A stretch of DNA of 64,000 bases from Nannocystales bacterium (lineage in GTDB: Bacteria > Myxococcota_A > Polyangia > Nannocystales > Nannocystaceae), in the NCBI GenBank assembly GCA_050633305.1, contig JBOEGF010000024.1, forward strand, positions 320,001 to 384,000. Reading direction: 5' to 3'. Of the stretch, positions 33,949 through 45,562 are shown piece after piece (position 1 is the first letter of the stretch; the number at the start of each line of letters is the position of its first letter). The translations under genes were made by a program, and so were the position numbers. The notes below the pieces were generated by a model that did no database searches, was not told the DNA's origin, and saw only the letters and a list, made by a program, of their open reading frames with translations.

Positions 33949-36900
33949 CTACTGGAATGTGTCGACGCGCAGCTTGCCGCCAGCGGTGTACTCGTGGTCC
34001 GCAGCGCGGGCTTCGGCCAGGCCACTGGTACGGAGCACCCACATCCGACGGATCGCCACCACGTCATCGTTCTGGCGCGCGTGCACCTCGATGATGTTGT
34101 TGCCCGGCGTCAGCGGGACCTCGGCAGAGAACTTCAGCTCTCCGGTGCTGGGGTCGGGGTTGGCGACGTAGTAGACCTTCTCGCGGTCTCCGAAGAGGTT
34201 GCGAGAGGGGTTGTAGACGGTGACGAACACGTCGCGCAGGGCTTGCTCGTCGTTGGCGATGCCGGAGAGCGTGACGGACTCGGCGTCGGTCTTGGAGAGC
34301 GCCGCATCCAAAGAGACCTTCGGTGGGGAAACCTCGAAGCTCGGAGTCAGGCTGGGGGCTTTGGTGCTCCCGGTGCCACGCTCCACGTCGGAGCTCTTGG
34401 CAAATCCCATCTGCCCACCCGCGAGGTGAACGCGGACCCAACCTTCTCCTTCGGCGACCGCCGGCATCACGGTCCCCTTGGCGACTCGGCCGATGGTGCG
34501 GTCGGGCGTGAGGGGGCTGGCGTAGAGGTCGATGGTGTCCGTGGCGGTCGCCGTGCCCTTGGCCTTGGAGAGCGAGACGCCCCGTTCGGGAACGGGAAGG
34601 TGGATTCGCTCGGAGAGAGCCTCGGCGATCTTGTTGTCGGAGACTGTGAGCTGGAGCTGGACGTCACCGTCCTGGGGGCGTTCCTTGAGCTCGAAGTCGA
34701 GGTCCACCGCGCGGGTGTTCCCGGTCGCCACCTTGCCGAGGTCTTTGCGGCCCTCGTGCAGGAAGACCGCCTCGGCCGCTCGGTTGCGGAGCGTGACCCA
34801 GGTGTCCAGAGCATCGCCCTCGCCCTGGTTGGCAAGCGAGACCCGCAGTCGGACACGCTCGCCGACCTGCAACGCTCCGTCTCCGTTGCCGACGATCGAC
34901 TCGCCCAGCGCGGGGTCGTCGATGACCTGGTAGCCGTAGACGAACTGCGGGCGAGGGAGTCCCTCGGCACTCACGTCGATCGAGGTGGTCGAGCCCTTGG
35001 CCAGCTTCGCGCCGTGCGCTTCGAACAGGTGCACGTCGATGCGGTCGGTGCGGCTGAGTTCGTGTTCGGAGACCGAGAGCTTGAGGCTGTAGGTTCGCGA
35101 TTCGCCCGGCGCAATCTTGCCGAAGAGCAGCTCGCGCTCGTCGAAGTAGCGGTAGTCGGAGTCGGTGATGGCGCGGACCTGGTAGGCGGTAGCGTCTCCG
35201 ATGTTTTTCACCACTGCGGTGACGGTGCCTCGCTCGCCGCCCCGGATCTTGTTGCCGGGCTTGTCGGTGGTGATCGAGACTTGAAGCTTGGCCGAGCCTG
35301 ACGCGGGTTTGGTCCCCAGCGTCCAGTCGACATCGCGGGCAGACAAGCTCTTGGTGATGCGGCCCTGTTGCTTCTGCTCCTGTTGCTCGACGAAGGAGCC
35401 CATCTTGCGCAGCAGGACGTCTCGGTCCGAGGACGGCGCCCAAGCGACGAACTCGGCGGCCATCCGGATCTCGGGGTCGTCGAGGAACGAAGGGAGCGCA
35501 CTCGCGCCTTTCTTGCCCTTCTTGTTGGACTTCTTGTTGGACGTCTTGCCGTCCTTCCCGTCGCCCTTTGCGTCAGCGTCCTTGTCGGTCTTGCCCGGCA
35601 TCACCGACCCGGCATCGAGGAAGTGCAGGGAGCCGTGCGCGATCTTCTGCGTCTTGGCGTTGGAGGTGAGGTGCGAGGCGAGTGACTCTTCGCGCAGCAG
35701 GTCGAACCGACCCCGGCCGAAGTAGTAGATCTGCTCCTTGCCGATCCACACTGGGACGGTCTCGATGTCCGGGCTGACGCCCACCGACTGGATCGAGACA
35801 TCCCCGGGGGTGAGGTACTGGGCGATGGTGAGCTTGAGTGCGAGTTCTTTGTCCCCGGCCTTGCGCTCGTGCAGCACCTGGACGCTGCCTTTGCCAAAGC
35901 TACGACGCCCCATCAGGACGCCGCGGCCCAGGTTGCGCAGGGCGCCGGCGACGATCTCGGATGCACTCGCGGAGCCCTGGTCGATGAGAACGACCAAGGG
36001 CAGGTCCGGGAAGTCGTAGCGGTCGTTGGCGCGGTTCTCCTCGCGGGGAGAACTGACGCCGACGGTGGACACGATGGTCCCCGAGTCGAGGAATGCGTCC
36101 GCGACCTCGACAGCGGCGTTGAGCAGGCCGCCGGGGTTGTCGCGGAGGTCGAGCACGATGCCCTCGACCCCAGCCTTCTCGAACTCGTTGAGTTTGGCGC
36201 GCAGCTCCTTGCCCGTGGTTTGGGCGAAGTTCCGCGGGATCTGGACGAGGCCGACGTTGTGCTTTTCGCCGTCGAGACCGGTGACCTCGAGCTTTTCGCC
36301 GATGACCGAGTCGAGTTTGATGGTGGCGCGTGTGATCGACAGACGCTTGGGCTTGGCCATGCCCTCGCGCATCACGTAGAGCGTGACGTCGGTGCCAGCG
36401 GGTCCCCGCAGGCGGTCGACGGCCTCGTTGAGCGTCATCGTGACGGTGGATTCGGAGCCGATCTGCGCGATCCGGTCGCCCGGCTGCATGTCGACTGCCG
36501 AGGCGGGGTTGCCATCGATGACGCGGATCACGGTGATCTTGCCATCGCGCATGCCCACCTCGATGCCCAAGCCACCGAAGCTGCCCTTGGTGCTGGCCTT
36601 CATGTCGCTGAAGTCGGAAGGCCGCAGCAGGTTGGTGTGGGGGTCGAGGGTGCTGAGGACGCCCGCGACCATGGCGTACTCGGCCTCGCGCTGCTCGTCT
36701 TCGGTGAGGTCGGTGTGCTCGGTGACGAAGCGGAACACCTCGCGGACGTGCGGGCCCACGGCCCAGAGCGCCTCGATCTCGCCGAGTTCGAAGACCTTTT
36801 CGTGGGTCGCCACGCGGACGCGGACGCGCTCGCCCTTGCCGATCGGCTGGACCAGGACTTGTGCGACCCGGCGCTCGAGCGCTTCGAGGCCGGCGAGGGT

Positions 36901-37191
36901 CATCGCGCGAGGGTCAACACGCTCCGGTTCGACGTAGTACTTGGAGACGTTCCACAGGGTCCAGTCGAGCACCCGGAGCTCGGTCGCGTCGTGATTGGGA
37001 ACGAGCCGGGAGTGCTTGCGCGGATCGCTACGCTGAGCCTGGGCCTGACGGTCTCCGACCGCCGTGAGCCCGAGCGAGAGGGCGAGTGACCCCACAATCA
37101 CCGCGGAAGTTCCGAATCGGGCCCAAACCTGAGAACGCCGAACCTTCGGACGGTTGCTGGCACGGCCGCGTGGAGGCGTCAGTCGACTCAC
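33949..37191 (-). CDS. large carboxyl-terminal processing protease (S41A; PDZ + peptidase + Ig/SH3-like tail; myxobacterial MXAN_5808-like)
   Basis: LDPHT, FGGLGIEVG (PDZ), VLDLRDNPGGLL, SASASEIVAGAL, SFGKGSVQ, LTIAQYLTPG, GVSPD. C-terminal extension of ~500 aa. Confidence 0.92.
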   Translation of the reverse strand: MSRLTPPRGRASNRPKVRRSQVWARFGTSAVIVGSLALSLGLTAVGDRQAQAQRSDPRKHSRLVPNHDATELRVLDWTLWNVSKYYVEPERVDPRAMTLAGLEALERRVAQVLVQPIGKGERVRVRVATHEKVFELGEIEALWAVGPHVREVFRFVTEHTDLTEDEQREAEYAMVAGVLSTLDPHTNLLRPSDFSDMKASTKGSFGGLGIEVGMRDGKITVIRVIDGNPASAVDMQPGDRIAQIGSESTVTMTLNEAVDRLRGPAGTDVTLYVMREGMAKPKRLSITRATIKLDSVIGEKLEVTGLDGEKHNVGLVQIPRNFAQTTGKELRAKLNEFEKAGVEGIVLDLRDNPGGLLNAAVEVADAFLDSGTIVSTVGVSSPREENRANDRYDFPDLPLVVLIDQGSASASEIVAGALRNLGRGVLMGRRSFGKGSVQVLHERKAGDKELALKLTIAQYLTPGDVSIQSVGVSPDIETVPVWIGKEQIYYFGRGRFDLLREESLASHLTSNAKTQKIAHGSLHFLDAGSVMPGKTDKDADAKGDGKDGKTSNKKSNKKGKKGASALPSFLDDPEIRMAAEFVAWAPSSDRDVLLRKMGSFVEQQEQKQQGRITKSLSARDVDWTLGTKPASGSAKLQVSITTDKPGNKIRGGERGTVTAVVKNIGDATAYQVRAITDSDYRYFDERELLFGKIAPGESRTYSLKLSVSEHELSRTDRIDVHLFEAHGAKLAKGSTTSIDVSAEGLPRPQFVYGYQVIDDPALGESIVGNGDGALQVGERVRLRVSLANQGEGDALDTWVTLRNRAAEAVFLHEGRKDLGKVATGNTRAVDLDFELKERPQDGDVQLQLTVSDNKIAEALSERIHLPVPERGVSLSKAKGTATATDTIDLYASPLTPDRTIGRVAKGTVMPAVAEGEGWVRVHLAGGQMGFAKSSDVERGTGSTKAPSLTPSFEVSPPKVSLDAALSKTDAESVTLSGIANDEQALRDVFVTVYNPSRNLFGDREKVYYVANPDPSTGELKFSAEVPLTPGNNIIEVHARQNDDVVAIRRMWVLRTSGLAEARAADHEYTAGGKLRVDTFQ

Positions 37192-37317
37192 GTGGGCAGT
37201 CTAGCAGGCGAGATGGCCCGCGCTTGCGGTCAGGGACCGTCAGATTGGACCGATTTCCGGCTAGGGTGCCAGGGTCGCGTCGTGTCCTGAGACCGGCGTA
37301 GACTCCGCGTGCCTGCG

Positions 37318-38433
37318 ATGGCGAAGCCCAAGTCCCAGAAGCGGTCCAAGTCGGCCAGTTCCGAGCCCATCGACGTCGAAGTGGTCGACCGAGCCTCGGA
37401 CGCCGAGGAAGCAATCACCGAGCCCGCGGAGGTGTCGGACGAACCACAGGATGAGGCCGCGGCTGAGGCGCTGGCCGAAGTCGATCCGGTCTCCGATGAG
37501 GAACTCGAGGAGATTGCCAAGAGCATCGGCCGTCCACGGGCCGCGCCCGAGGGCACCACGGCGTTGGCACGTCGGGATCCGATGGCCGCCTACATGGCGG
37601 AGGTGCGACGTCACCCGTTGCTCACCCGAGAAGAGGAGCATGAGCTGGCGGTGCGCTGGGTCGAAGAGGACGACCAAGACGCGGGTCGAAAGCTGGTCAC
37701 ATCGAACCTGCGGCTCGTGGTGAAGATCGCCCACGAGTACCGCCGCGCCTACCACAACCTGCTCGACTTGGTGCAGGAGGGCAACGTCGGTCTGGTGAAG
37801 GCGGTTCAGAAGTTCGACCCCTATCGCGGGGTCAAGCTGAGCACCTACTCCGGCTGGTGGATTCGGGCGTACATCCTCAAGTACATCCTCAACAACTGGC
37901 GACTGGTCAAGATCGGGACCACCCAGAACCAGCGCAAGCTGTTCTTCAACCTTCGCAAGCAGCGAGCTGCACTCGAAGCCGCGGGCATCGAGCCCTCGGC
38001 AGAGAACATCGCGAAGGAACTCGACGTCTCCGAAAAAGAGGTCGTGGAGATGGAGCGGCGCATGGCCGCACCAGACATGTCGTTGGACGCTCCGCTTTCG
38101 GGCGATGACGGCGACGGAAGTCGAACGCGCCTCGACATGATCGAGGACGACTACGCCGACCCCGAGGACAACGTCGATGCGGCGGGGTTCAAGTCGTTGA
38201 TGCAATCCAAGCTGATGGCGTTCGGCGCGGACCTCGAGGGACGAGAGCTCGAGATTTTCACCGACCGTCTGATGTCGGAGGAGCCGGTCACCCTCCAAGA
38301 ACTCGGAGACCGCTGGGGCGTGAGCCGAGAGCGGGCACGCCAGGTCGAGAAGCGAATGATTCTGAGACTGCGCGCCTATCTCCAGCAAGAGTTGGGCGAC
38401 GCGGTTCAGGTCGCGCTGGGGCACGAGGCGTGA
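37318..38433 (+). CDS. RpoH (sigma-32)-family sigma factor
   Basis: [19 protein letters not shown], RpoH box [18 protein letters not shown]. Start GTG 37309 or ATG 37318. Confidence 0.93.
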   Translation: MAKPKSQKRSKSASSEPIDVEVVDRASDAEEAITEPAEVSDEPQDEAAAEALAEVDPVSDEELEEIAKSIGRPRAAPEGTTALARRDPMAAYMAEVRRHPLLTREEEHELAVRWVEEDDQDAGRKLVTSNLRLVVKIAHEYRRAYHNLLDLVQEGNVGLVKAVQKFDPYRGVKLSTYSGWWIRAYILKYILNNWRLVKIGTTQNQRKLFFNLRKQRAALEAAGIEPSAENIAKELDVSEKEVVEMERRMAAPDMSLDAPLSGDDGDGSRTRLDMIEDDYADPEDNVDAAGFKSLMQSKLMAFGADLEGRELEIFTDRLMSEEPVTLQELGDRWGVSRERARQVEKRMILRLRAYLQQELGDAVQVALGHEA

Positions 38434-39281
38434 GCGGAACGCTGGTGCTCGTCGGCACGCCACTGGGCAACCGAGGAGACCTCAGCCCGCGCGCTCGCGA
38501 GGCGTTGCTGTCCGCCGACCTCCTGTTGTGCGAGGACACCCGCAGCCCGGTGCGGCTGCTGGGCAACGAGGTGACACTGCCGCCGCGGCGGAGCTGCTTT
38601 GTCGGCAACGAGCACGAACGGACCGACGAGCTGCTCGAGGCGCTTGCGGAAGGCAAGACCGTGGCGTTTTGCTCCGAGGCTGGGATGCCGGGGTGGAGTG
38701 ACCCCGGGCAGTTCTTGGTCACAGCGGCGGTGCAGGCCGGGTACGCGGTCGATGTGGTTCCGGGGCCAACGGCCGCATCGGCGGCGCTGTCGATCAGCGG
38801 CTTTGATGCTGGAGGCTCGTGTTTTTTCGGCTTCATCGCGCGCGAGGGGAAAGACCGGACGCGCGCGCTCGAGGCCATCGCTGTCTCGGTGGGTCCGTCC
38901 ATGCTGTACGAGGCGGGGAATCGGACGCCTGCGTTGCTTCGCGATCTGGCCAAGGTGCTGCCCGACGCGGAGACTCGGCAGGTGGTCGTTTGTCGCGAGC
39001 TGACCAAGCTTCATCAAGAGACGCTGCGGGGAACCGTGGCCGGCCTTCATGCTGAGGTTCGGGAGGCGTTGCGCGGCGAGGTGACCGTGGTCATCGAAGG
39101 CAACACGTTGGATGCCGGTGCCGAGTCGCAGGACGCGGCCCGTGCGGTGCTCGATGTCATGCTGGATCCGTCGCTCAAACCCAGACCGAGGGCTCGTGCG
39201 CTTGCTGAGCTGACGGGGCTGGACGCGCGTGCGCTGTATGAACGGCTGCGCGCTGCCCGAGACGGCGCGGACCCGCGGTGA
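38430..39281 (+). CDS. rsmI: 16S rRNA (cytidine1402-2'-O)-methyltransferase
   Basis: [56 protein letters not shown]. Confidence 0.93.
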   Translation: MSGTLVLVGTPLGNRGDLSPRAREALLSADLLLCEDTRSPVRLLGNEVTLPPRRSCFVGNEHERTDELLEALAEGKTVAFCSEAGMPGWSDPGQFLVTAAVQAGYAVDVVPGPTAASAALSISGFDAGGSCFFGFIAREGKDRTRALEAIAVSVGPSMLYEAGNRTPALLRDLAKVLPDAETRQVVVCRELTKLHQETLRGTVAGLHAEVREALRGEVTVVIEGNTLDAGAESQDAARAVLDVMLDPSLKPRPRARALAELTGLDARALYERLRAARDGADPR

Positions 39282-39338
39282 GTCCGCGCCCCGATTTTTT
39301 CTCACCCTGTTTTGCGGGGGGCCGCCTCTCGCCCTGTG

Positions 39339-40472
39339 ATGCGGGTGATTCAAGGCTTGGCGCTGTGTGGGATCGGCTTGGGGGTGGGGTTGGGGTGCTC
39401 GGATGGGGGAAGCAACACCTCGGCGGACTCGGCGACGACCGGGGACACATCTGGGGCGGAGGAGAGCGGGACGGGCGGCGGCGTCGGGCCATCGGAGACG
39501 ATGGGCGGGCCCGGGCCCGTGTCCTCGGCCGGGACCACGGACACACCCGGCGGCGATTCTTCCTCCTCGGACGGAGGGGACGACACGAGTGATACCGGCG
39601 TGGAGCCGATGACTCCGCCGTACGAGGATGTCCGCAACTACATCTTCGGGCACAGCCTGATCCTCCACAGTTCCACCGCAAACGTACCGCGCTGGATCGA
39701 CGACATCGCGGAGGCCTCCGGGTATGGCTACTCGATGAGCGGGCGCTACGGCTTCGCCGACACGCACGCCAACGACCTCCCGCCGGTCCCGCAGTGGGGC
39801 ATCGATGGGGTGGATGCGGCATGGAACGACGACGACGGCATCGGCTTCGGCGACGTCGATTTCAACACCGTGCTGTTCACCGAGGCGAACTTCCGTCAGT
39901 ACTTCCCCCCGACCGAGCCCGAGCCAGACCTGGGCGGGCCGACCTCGGTGGGCAGCACGTTGACGGTGTTCGATTGGGTGGAGAACGCGGAGCCAGGGGT
40001 CCGCTTCATCGTCTACGAGAACTGGCCCGACATGGGCCCGTATACCGATGCCGACTTCGAGACGACGCAGCCGACGGAGGCCGAGCTGGCAGCGTACTGG
40101 GCGTACACCGCAGGGGATTTCCACCAGTGGTGGCTCGACTATCATGACGCGTTGTTGGCCGAACGCCCCGAGCTGACGATCCACATGGTTCCTGTGGGTC
40201 CGGTCCTGGCGGAGTTGCTCACTGGGCCTCTGTCGGACATCCCTCCGGAGGTTCTTTATGAGGACAACGCGCCCCACGGGCGAGAGTCGCTCTACTTCCT
40301 CGCGGGCCTCGTGACCTCGATGGCGATGTACGCCGGGCCGCCTCCGGCGAGCTATCAGCCGCCAGAGGAAATCGACGTTCGCATCCGCGAACGCTATTCG
40401 GAAATCGTCGAGACGATCTGGGCCCAACTGTTGGCGTTTGAGGACGGCAGCGGCGCGCGCCGGGCTTTCTAG
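39339..40472 (+). CDS. lipoprotein with Thr/Ser/Gly linker and SGNH/GDSL-like domain
   Basis: Lipobox GLGC, low-complexity stalk, 'YIFGHSL' block-I-like motif and 'YEDNAPHG' D..H motif. Confidence 0.65.
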   Translation: MRVIQGLALCGIGLGVGLGCSDGGSNTSADSATTGDTSGAEESGTGGGVGPSETMGGPGPVSSAGTTDTPGGDSSSSDGGDDTSDTGVEPMTPPYEDVRNYIFGHSLILHSSTANVPRWIDDIAEASGYGYSMSGRYGFADTHANDLPPVPQWGIDGVDAAWNDDDGIGFGDVDFNTVLFTEANFRQYFPPTEPEPDLGGPTSVGSTLTVFDWVENAEPGVRFIVYENWPDMGPYTDADFETTQPTEAELAAYWAYTAGDFHQWWLDYHDALLAERPELTIHMVPVGPVLAELLTGPLSDIPPEVLYEDNAPHGRESLYFLAGLVTSMAMYAGPPPASYQPPEEIDVRIRERYSEIVETIWAQLLAFEDGSGARRAF

Positions 40473-40602
40473 GTCGCGCACAGGACGGCCGGAGGTCGTG
40501 TGACAGCTCCCTGCGACTCAGCGCGTTCTGCGAGCCTCTGCTTTGGCGGCTCTGCTATGCTCCCGCCGCTTTCGCGGCCCGTCCGCGTGGCCCCCGAGTC
40601 TG

Positions 40603-41919
40603 ATGAGCACACGTTCAAACTTGATTGGTCTTGGCGTCGGAGTGGCCGCCGTGGGCGGGTTGATCGCCTTGTTGATGGGCACCGGTGTGGTGTCGCTCAA
40701 GAAAAACTCCGATCAGGAGGCGGACGGCGACGTCGAGGAGGTCGCGAGCGCGAAGGGCGGGAGCCACGGCAAGAAGAAGCGCAAGGGCCGTCGGAAAGGC
40801 AAGAAGGGTCGCAAGCAGAGCGACACCGTCAAGAAGCTCTCGTCGATGGGCTACGTGGACGGAACAGTCGATGCCAACGTCGAACGTTCCGGCGTGATCG
40901 TGAACCTGCAGGACGAGACGCAAGACGGGGTCAACTTCTACGCCTCTCGCAAGCAGTCTCGGGCCCAGCTGCTCGACATGAAGGGCGTCGTGCTCCACGA
41001 GTGGAGCGTCCCGGGCATGGGCGGGTGGCAGCACGTGTCGTTGATGCCCGACGGCAGCATCATCGGCTTGGTCAAGAACAAGCAGGTCTTCAAGATCGAC
41101 AAGGACTCGAAGATTCTGTGGACCTACAAGGGGCGGGCGCACCATGACCTCGACGTCACGGAGGACGGTCGTGTGTTCGTGCTCTCGCGGACCGCGTCAA
41201 TGATGCCGAAGTACGACAAGAACCACCCGACGGTGGATGATCTTGTCGTCGAGCTTTCGCCTGAAGGGGAAGAACTCAGCCGGTTCTCGATCCTGAAGAC
41301 GATCGAGGACTCGCCGTACGCCTTCTTGTTGGGGGACACCGACGCGCTCACCGCCAAGAAGATCCGTCGTGCCAACCCGCGACGGAGCAAGGAGTACGAC
41401 ATCCTTCACTCCAACCACGTCGAGGTCTTCGACGGGTCGCTCGCGGAGATGAGCCCGATCTTCGCGGAGGGCAACATGCTGCTCTCCCCACGCAACACCC
41501 ACACGATGATGATCGTCGATCCCAAGACGAAGGAGATCGTGTGGCTGTGGGGCTCGTCGAAGTTGATCTTCCCGCACCACCCGACGGTCACCGAAGCGGG
41601 CACCATCCTGGTGTTCAACAACGGAGACGCCGACACGCGTTCGCAGGTCGTCGAGATCGATCCGCTGACCGACGACATCATCTGGACCTACGGTCCCACC
41701 GAGGAGTTCTTCTCGGAGACGCGCGGCAGCAACTTCCGACTCGACAACGGCAACACGCTGATCACCGAGTCCGACACCGGGTACGTCTTCGAGGTCACGC
41801 CCGCGGGCAAGACCGTCTGGGAGTTCGCAAACCCCCACGTCGAAAAGAAGAAGGGCCTGCGCATGGCGATCTGGCGGATGACCCGGTTCAGCCGCGACGA
41901 ACTCACCTTCGAGTTCTAG
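40603..41919 (+). CDS. aryl-sulfate sulfotransferase (ASST)-like beta-propeller, membrane-anchored
   Basis: N-terminal TM, AHHD, DILHSNHVE, PHHP, LVFNNG, FFSETRG...LDNGNTLITES. Confidence 0.8.
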   Translation: MSTRSNLIGLGVGVAAVGGLIALLMGTGVVSLKKNSDQEADGDVEEVASAKGGSHGKKKRKGRRKGKKGRKQSDTVKKLSSMGYVDGTVDANVERSGVIVNLQDETQDGVNFYASRKQSRAQLLDMKGVVLHEWSVPGMGGWQHVSLMPDGSIIGLVKNKQVFKIDKDSKILWTYKGRAHHDLDVTEDGRVFVLSRTASMMPKYDKNHPTVDDLVVELSPEGEELSRFSILKTIEDSPYAFLLGDTDALTAKKIRRANPRRSKEYDILHSNHVEVFDGSLAEMSPIFAEGNMLLSPRNTHTMMIVDPKTKEIVWLWGSSKLIFPHHPTVTEAGTILVFNNGDADTRSQVVEIDPLTDDIIWTYGPTEEFFSETRGSNFRLDNGNTLITESDTGYVFEVTPAGKTVWEFANPHVEKKKGLRMAIWRMTRFSRDELTFEF

Positions 41920-42215
41920 GGACCGTCCCAATTCGGTGAAACCAGCCCGCGGAAGGGCGCGGGACGGAGCCTCGGGCGTGCTTCCATTGGCCCGCTGAGA
42001 AGGGGACCCCCGGTGGCGAGCAAGCCCAACCGGGTGTGCTGAGTCGACCAGTCCCGTTCATGCGCAGTGAAGCGGAGCCCGGTGACAAGCGAGCGAGCCC
42101 CAATCAGGCGCCTCGCGCCGAGAAGTGCTGTTCGCGAGCCATGGAGCGGGTCGGTTGGCGGACGAGCAAGCCCGAGAGCGCGCCTGCAAGTGAGGGCTCC
42201 GGCTCCGGCGGTTTT

Positions 42216-42240
42216 GGGGAGGGACGGCGACGTCCCTCCC
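42216..42240. terminator. 10-bp GC hairpin at the 3' end of the outer-membrane protein gene
   Basis: GGGAGGGACG-gcga-CGTCCCTCCC. Confidence 0.55.
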
Positions 42241-42246
42241 TCCTGC

Positions 42247-43824
42247 TTAGAACACCAGCGTCAGGCGCAGGTACGCGTGCATGTCGAACACATCGTCGAC
42301 CGCGTAGCGCCGTCCGACGTTGTCGACGACGTCGCGCCGGATCGGGTTGACCTCTCGCGTTCCGGCTTCGACTTCGTCGGGGTTGCTGCCGCCCGAACCA
42401 GAGAGGTCCGCATCACCGCGGCCAGCAGCGGTGATGAAGTGGCGAGTGTCGGTGTTGGCGGTCACGCCCAGCCCAAGGTTGGCGACCTTGCCGAGGGTGA
42501 AGTTGAGCCCGCCCGTGAAGCCGAAGGACGCGTAGTCTTGGAGGTCGGTGACGCCCTCGAACTTCTGGCAGCCGCTTCCGCCGGCAGCCAGGTATCCGGG
42601 GTCGCCGGGGTTCTGCTGGGCGAAGGCCAACGCGGCGCCACGATCACAGAATCCAGCGTTCGTCGGGTTTCCGTTCTCGTCGACGGCCTGCGTGGTCGGG
42701 TCGTATGAGCCCACCATCGAAGGGCTGTCCGCGAGGAGCTCCCAGATCTCGGAGTAGCCGCGTCCTCCGTAGTGGAGGATCGAGCCGCCCTGAAGCACGA
42801 CAGCGACCTTGAGGTTCTTGGCCTTGCGCTCCCACGGAACGATCTCCGTGCCGACGGTGAGGCCGGCTTGGGACTGCGGCAAGACGGAGTCCTGAGCGCC
42901 CTCGGTCGAGAAGTCTTGGAAGATGCTTCCCGAGGCCCGAAGCGACTGGCGCCAGTGCGCCGTGAAGTACGGATCGAGGAACCGGTAGCGTCGGGACAAC
43001 GCCGTCCACACGCCAAGTTCGTGGATGCGCCGTCCGACCCGGCTGTTTCCATCGGGCTCACGCCCCTGGATGTCGCGGCTGAAGGTCATCGCACGTCCGA
43101 CCGCGAATCGGCCCTCGAACGCGATGATCCACGTCGGCATGTGCGAACGCTTGTCCTGGTTGAGCAGCGCGTACTTGAGGCCGATGTTGAGCTGATCGAG
43201 GCCGCGGCGAACCGGGCCCTTGAAGATCAGTTCGCTGTCGGGGCCGCCGAAGGGCAGGCTGGGGTTGCCGGTGTTGGTCGCGTCGAATCCCGAGGTCGGG
43301 AGGATCTCGTCACGCAGGGTCGTGCTGTTGCCCTTGTTCGTGCAAGTCGCCGCGGGCGAGCCGGTGGGGCTGCCGAACACGCAGTCGTCGGCGCGCTGGT
43401 CGAAGCTGTACTGGCGGCTGTCCGAGAGAACGACAGGCAGCTGGAAGTACAGACCGAGGTCGCGGAACAGACCAAACTCGAGCGTTGGCGTCAGCGTGTG
43501 ACGGAACTGCTCGTAGATGAGGTCCTTGACCAGCCGGTTCTCGTTGTCGCCGGGGCGCCCGCTGTTCCATTCACGAAGAATGGCGGCTCGCTTGTAGTTG
43601 AAGTCGTAGGCGACGCCCAGGTGCACATCGAAGACGTTGTCGTCCTCGAAGGCCGTGGCGACGCGCGTGACGTCAGCGGCTTGGGCCTCGCTCGCAGCTC
43701 CAAGGACACCGCCCGCAACGGCAAGCGCGGCAATGAGCTGGCGCCCGCCGCGGCGACGTGGAACGTCCCGGGCAGTACGAGTGGAGCCGGAGAAGTTGCG
43801 CTGGGAAGTGGAGCGCGTACGCAT
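42247..43824 (-). CDS. outer-membrane beta-barrel protein of unknown function
   Basis: Signal peptide ending AQA-ADV, amphipathic beta strands, C-terminal beta-signal HAYLRLTLVF. Upstream promoter TTGACG-18-TAGCGT. Confidence 0.7.
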   Translation of the reverse strand: MRTRSTSQRNFSGSTRTARDVPRRRGGRQLIAALAVAGGVLGAASEAQAADVTRVATAFEDDNVFDVHLGVAYDFNYKRAAILREWNSGRPGDNENRLVKDLIYEQFRHTLTPTLEFGLFRDLGLYFQLPVVLSDSRQYSFDQRADDCVFGSPTGSPAATCTNKGNSTTLRDEILPTSGFDATNTGNPSLPFGGPDSELIFKGPVRRGLDQLNIGLKYALLNQDKRSHMPTWIIAFEGRFAVGRAMTFSRDIQGREPDGNSRVGRRIHELGVWTALSRRYRFLDPYFTAHWRQSLRASGSIFQDFSTEGAQDSVLPQSQAGLTVGTEIVPWERKAKNLKVAVVLQGGSILHYGGRGYSEIWELLADSPSMVGSYDPTTQAVDENGNPTNAGFCDRGAALAFAQQNPGDPGYLAAGGSGCQKFEGVTDLQDYASFGFTGGLNFTLGKVANLGLGVTANTDTRHFITAAGRGDADLSGSGGSNPDEVEAGTREVNPIRRDVVDNVGRRYAVDDVFDMHAYLRLTLVF

Positions 43825-44020
43825 GGTTAGATCGAGGTGTGAGCGGGCCAATAGGACCCGTTCAAGCGAGGGCACGCTACCAGCGCACGCCGCAGAACGT
43901 CAATGTTTGTCGGCACCTGCAGGTCGACGTGTGGGGGCGCGTGGGACCTCCGCGCGTGTGTAGACGTTCAGCACCCAGCCCGGGCAACGCCCGACGTGTG
44001 CCGCGGCGGCCCGGTGCGCC

Positions 44021-45559
<1,539 letters not shown>

Positions 45560-45562
45560 GCC

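Noticed and set aside
41920..42246. RNase P RNA, SRP RNA or tmRNA near rsmI
   Set aside because: No GAGGAAAGTCC, SRP GGAAG/AGCAG loop or tmRNA end motifs seen on either strand.
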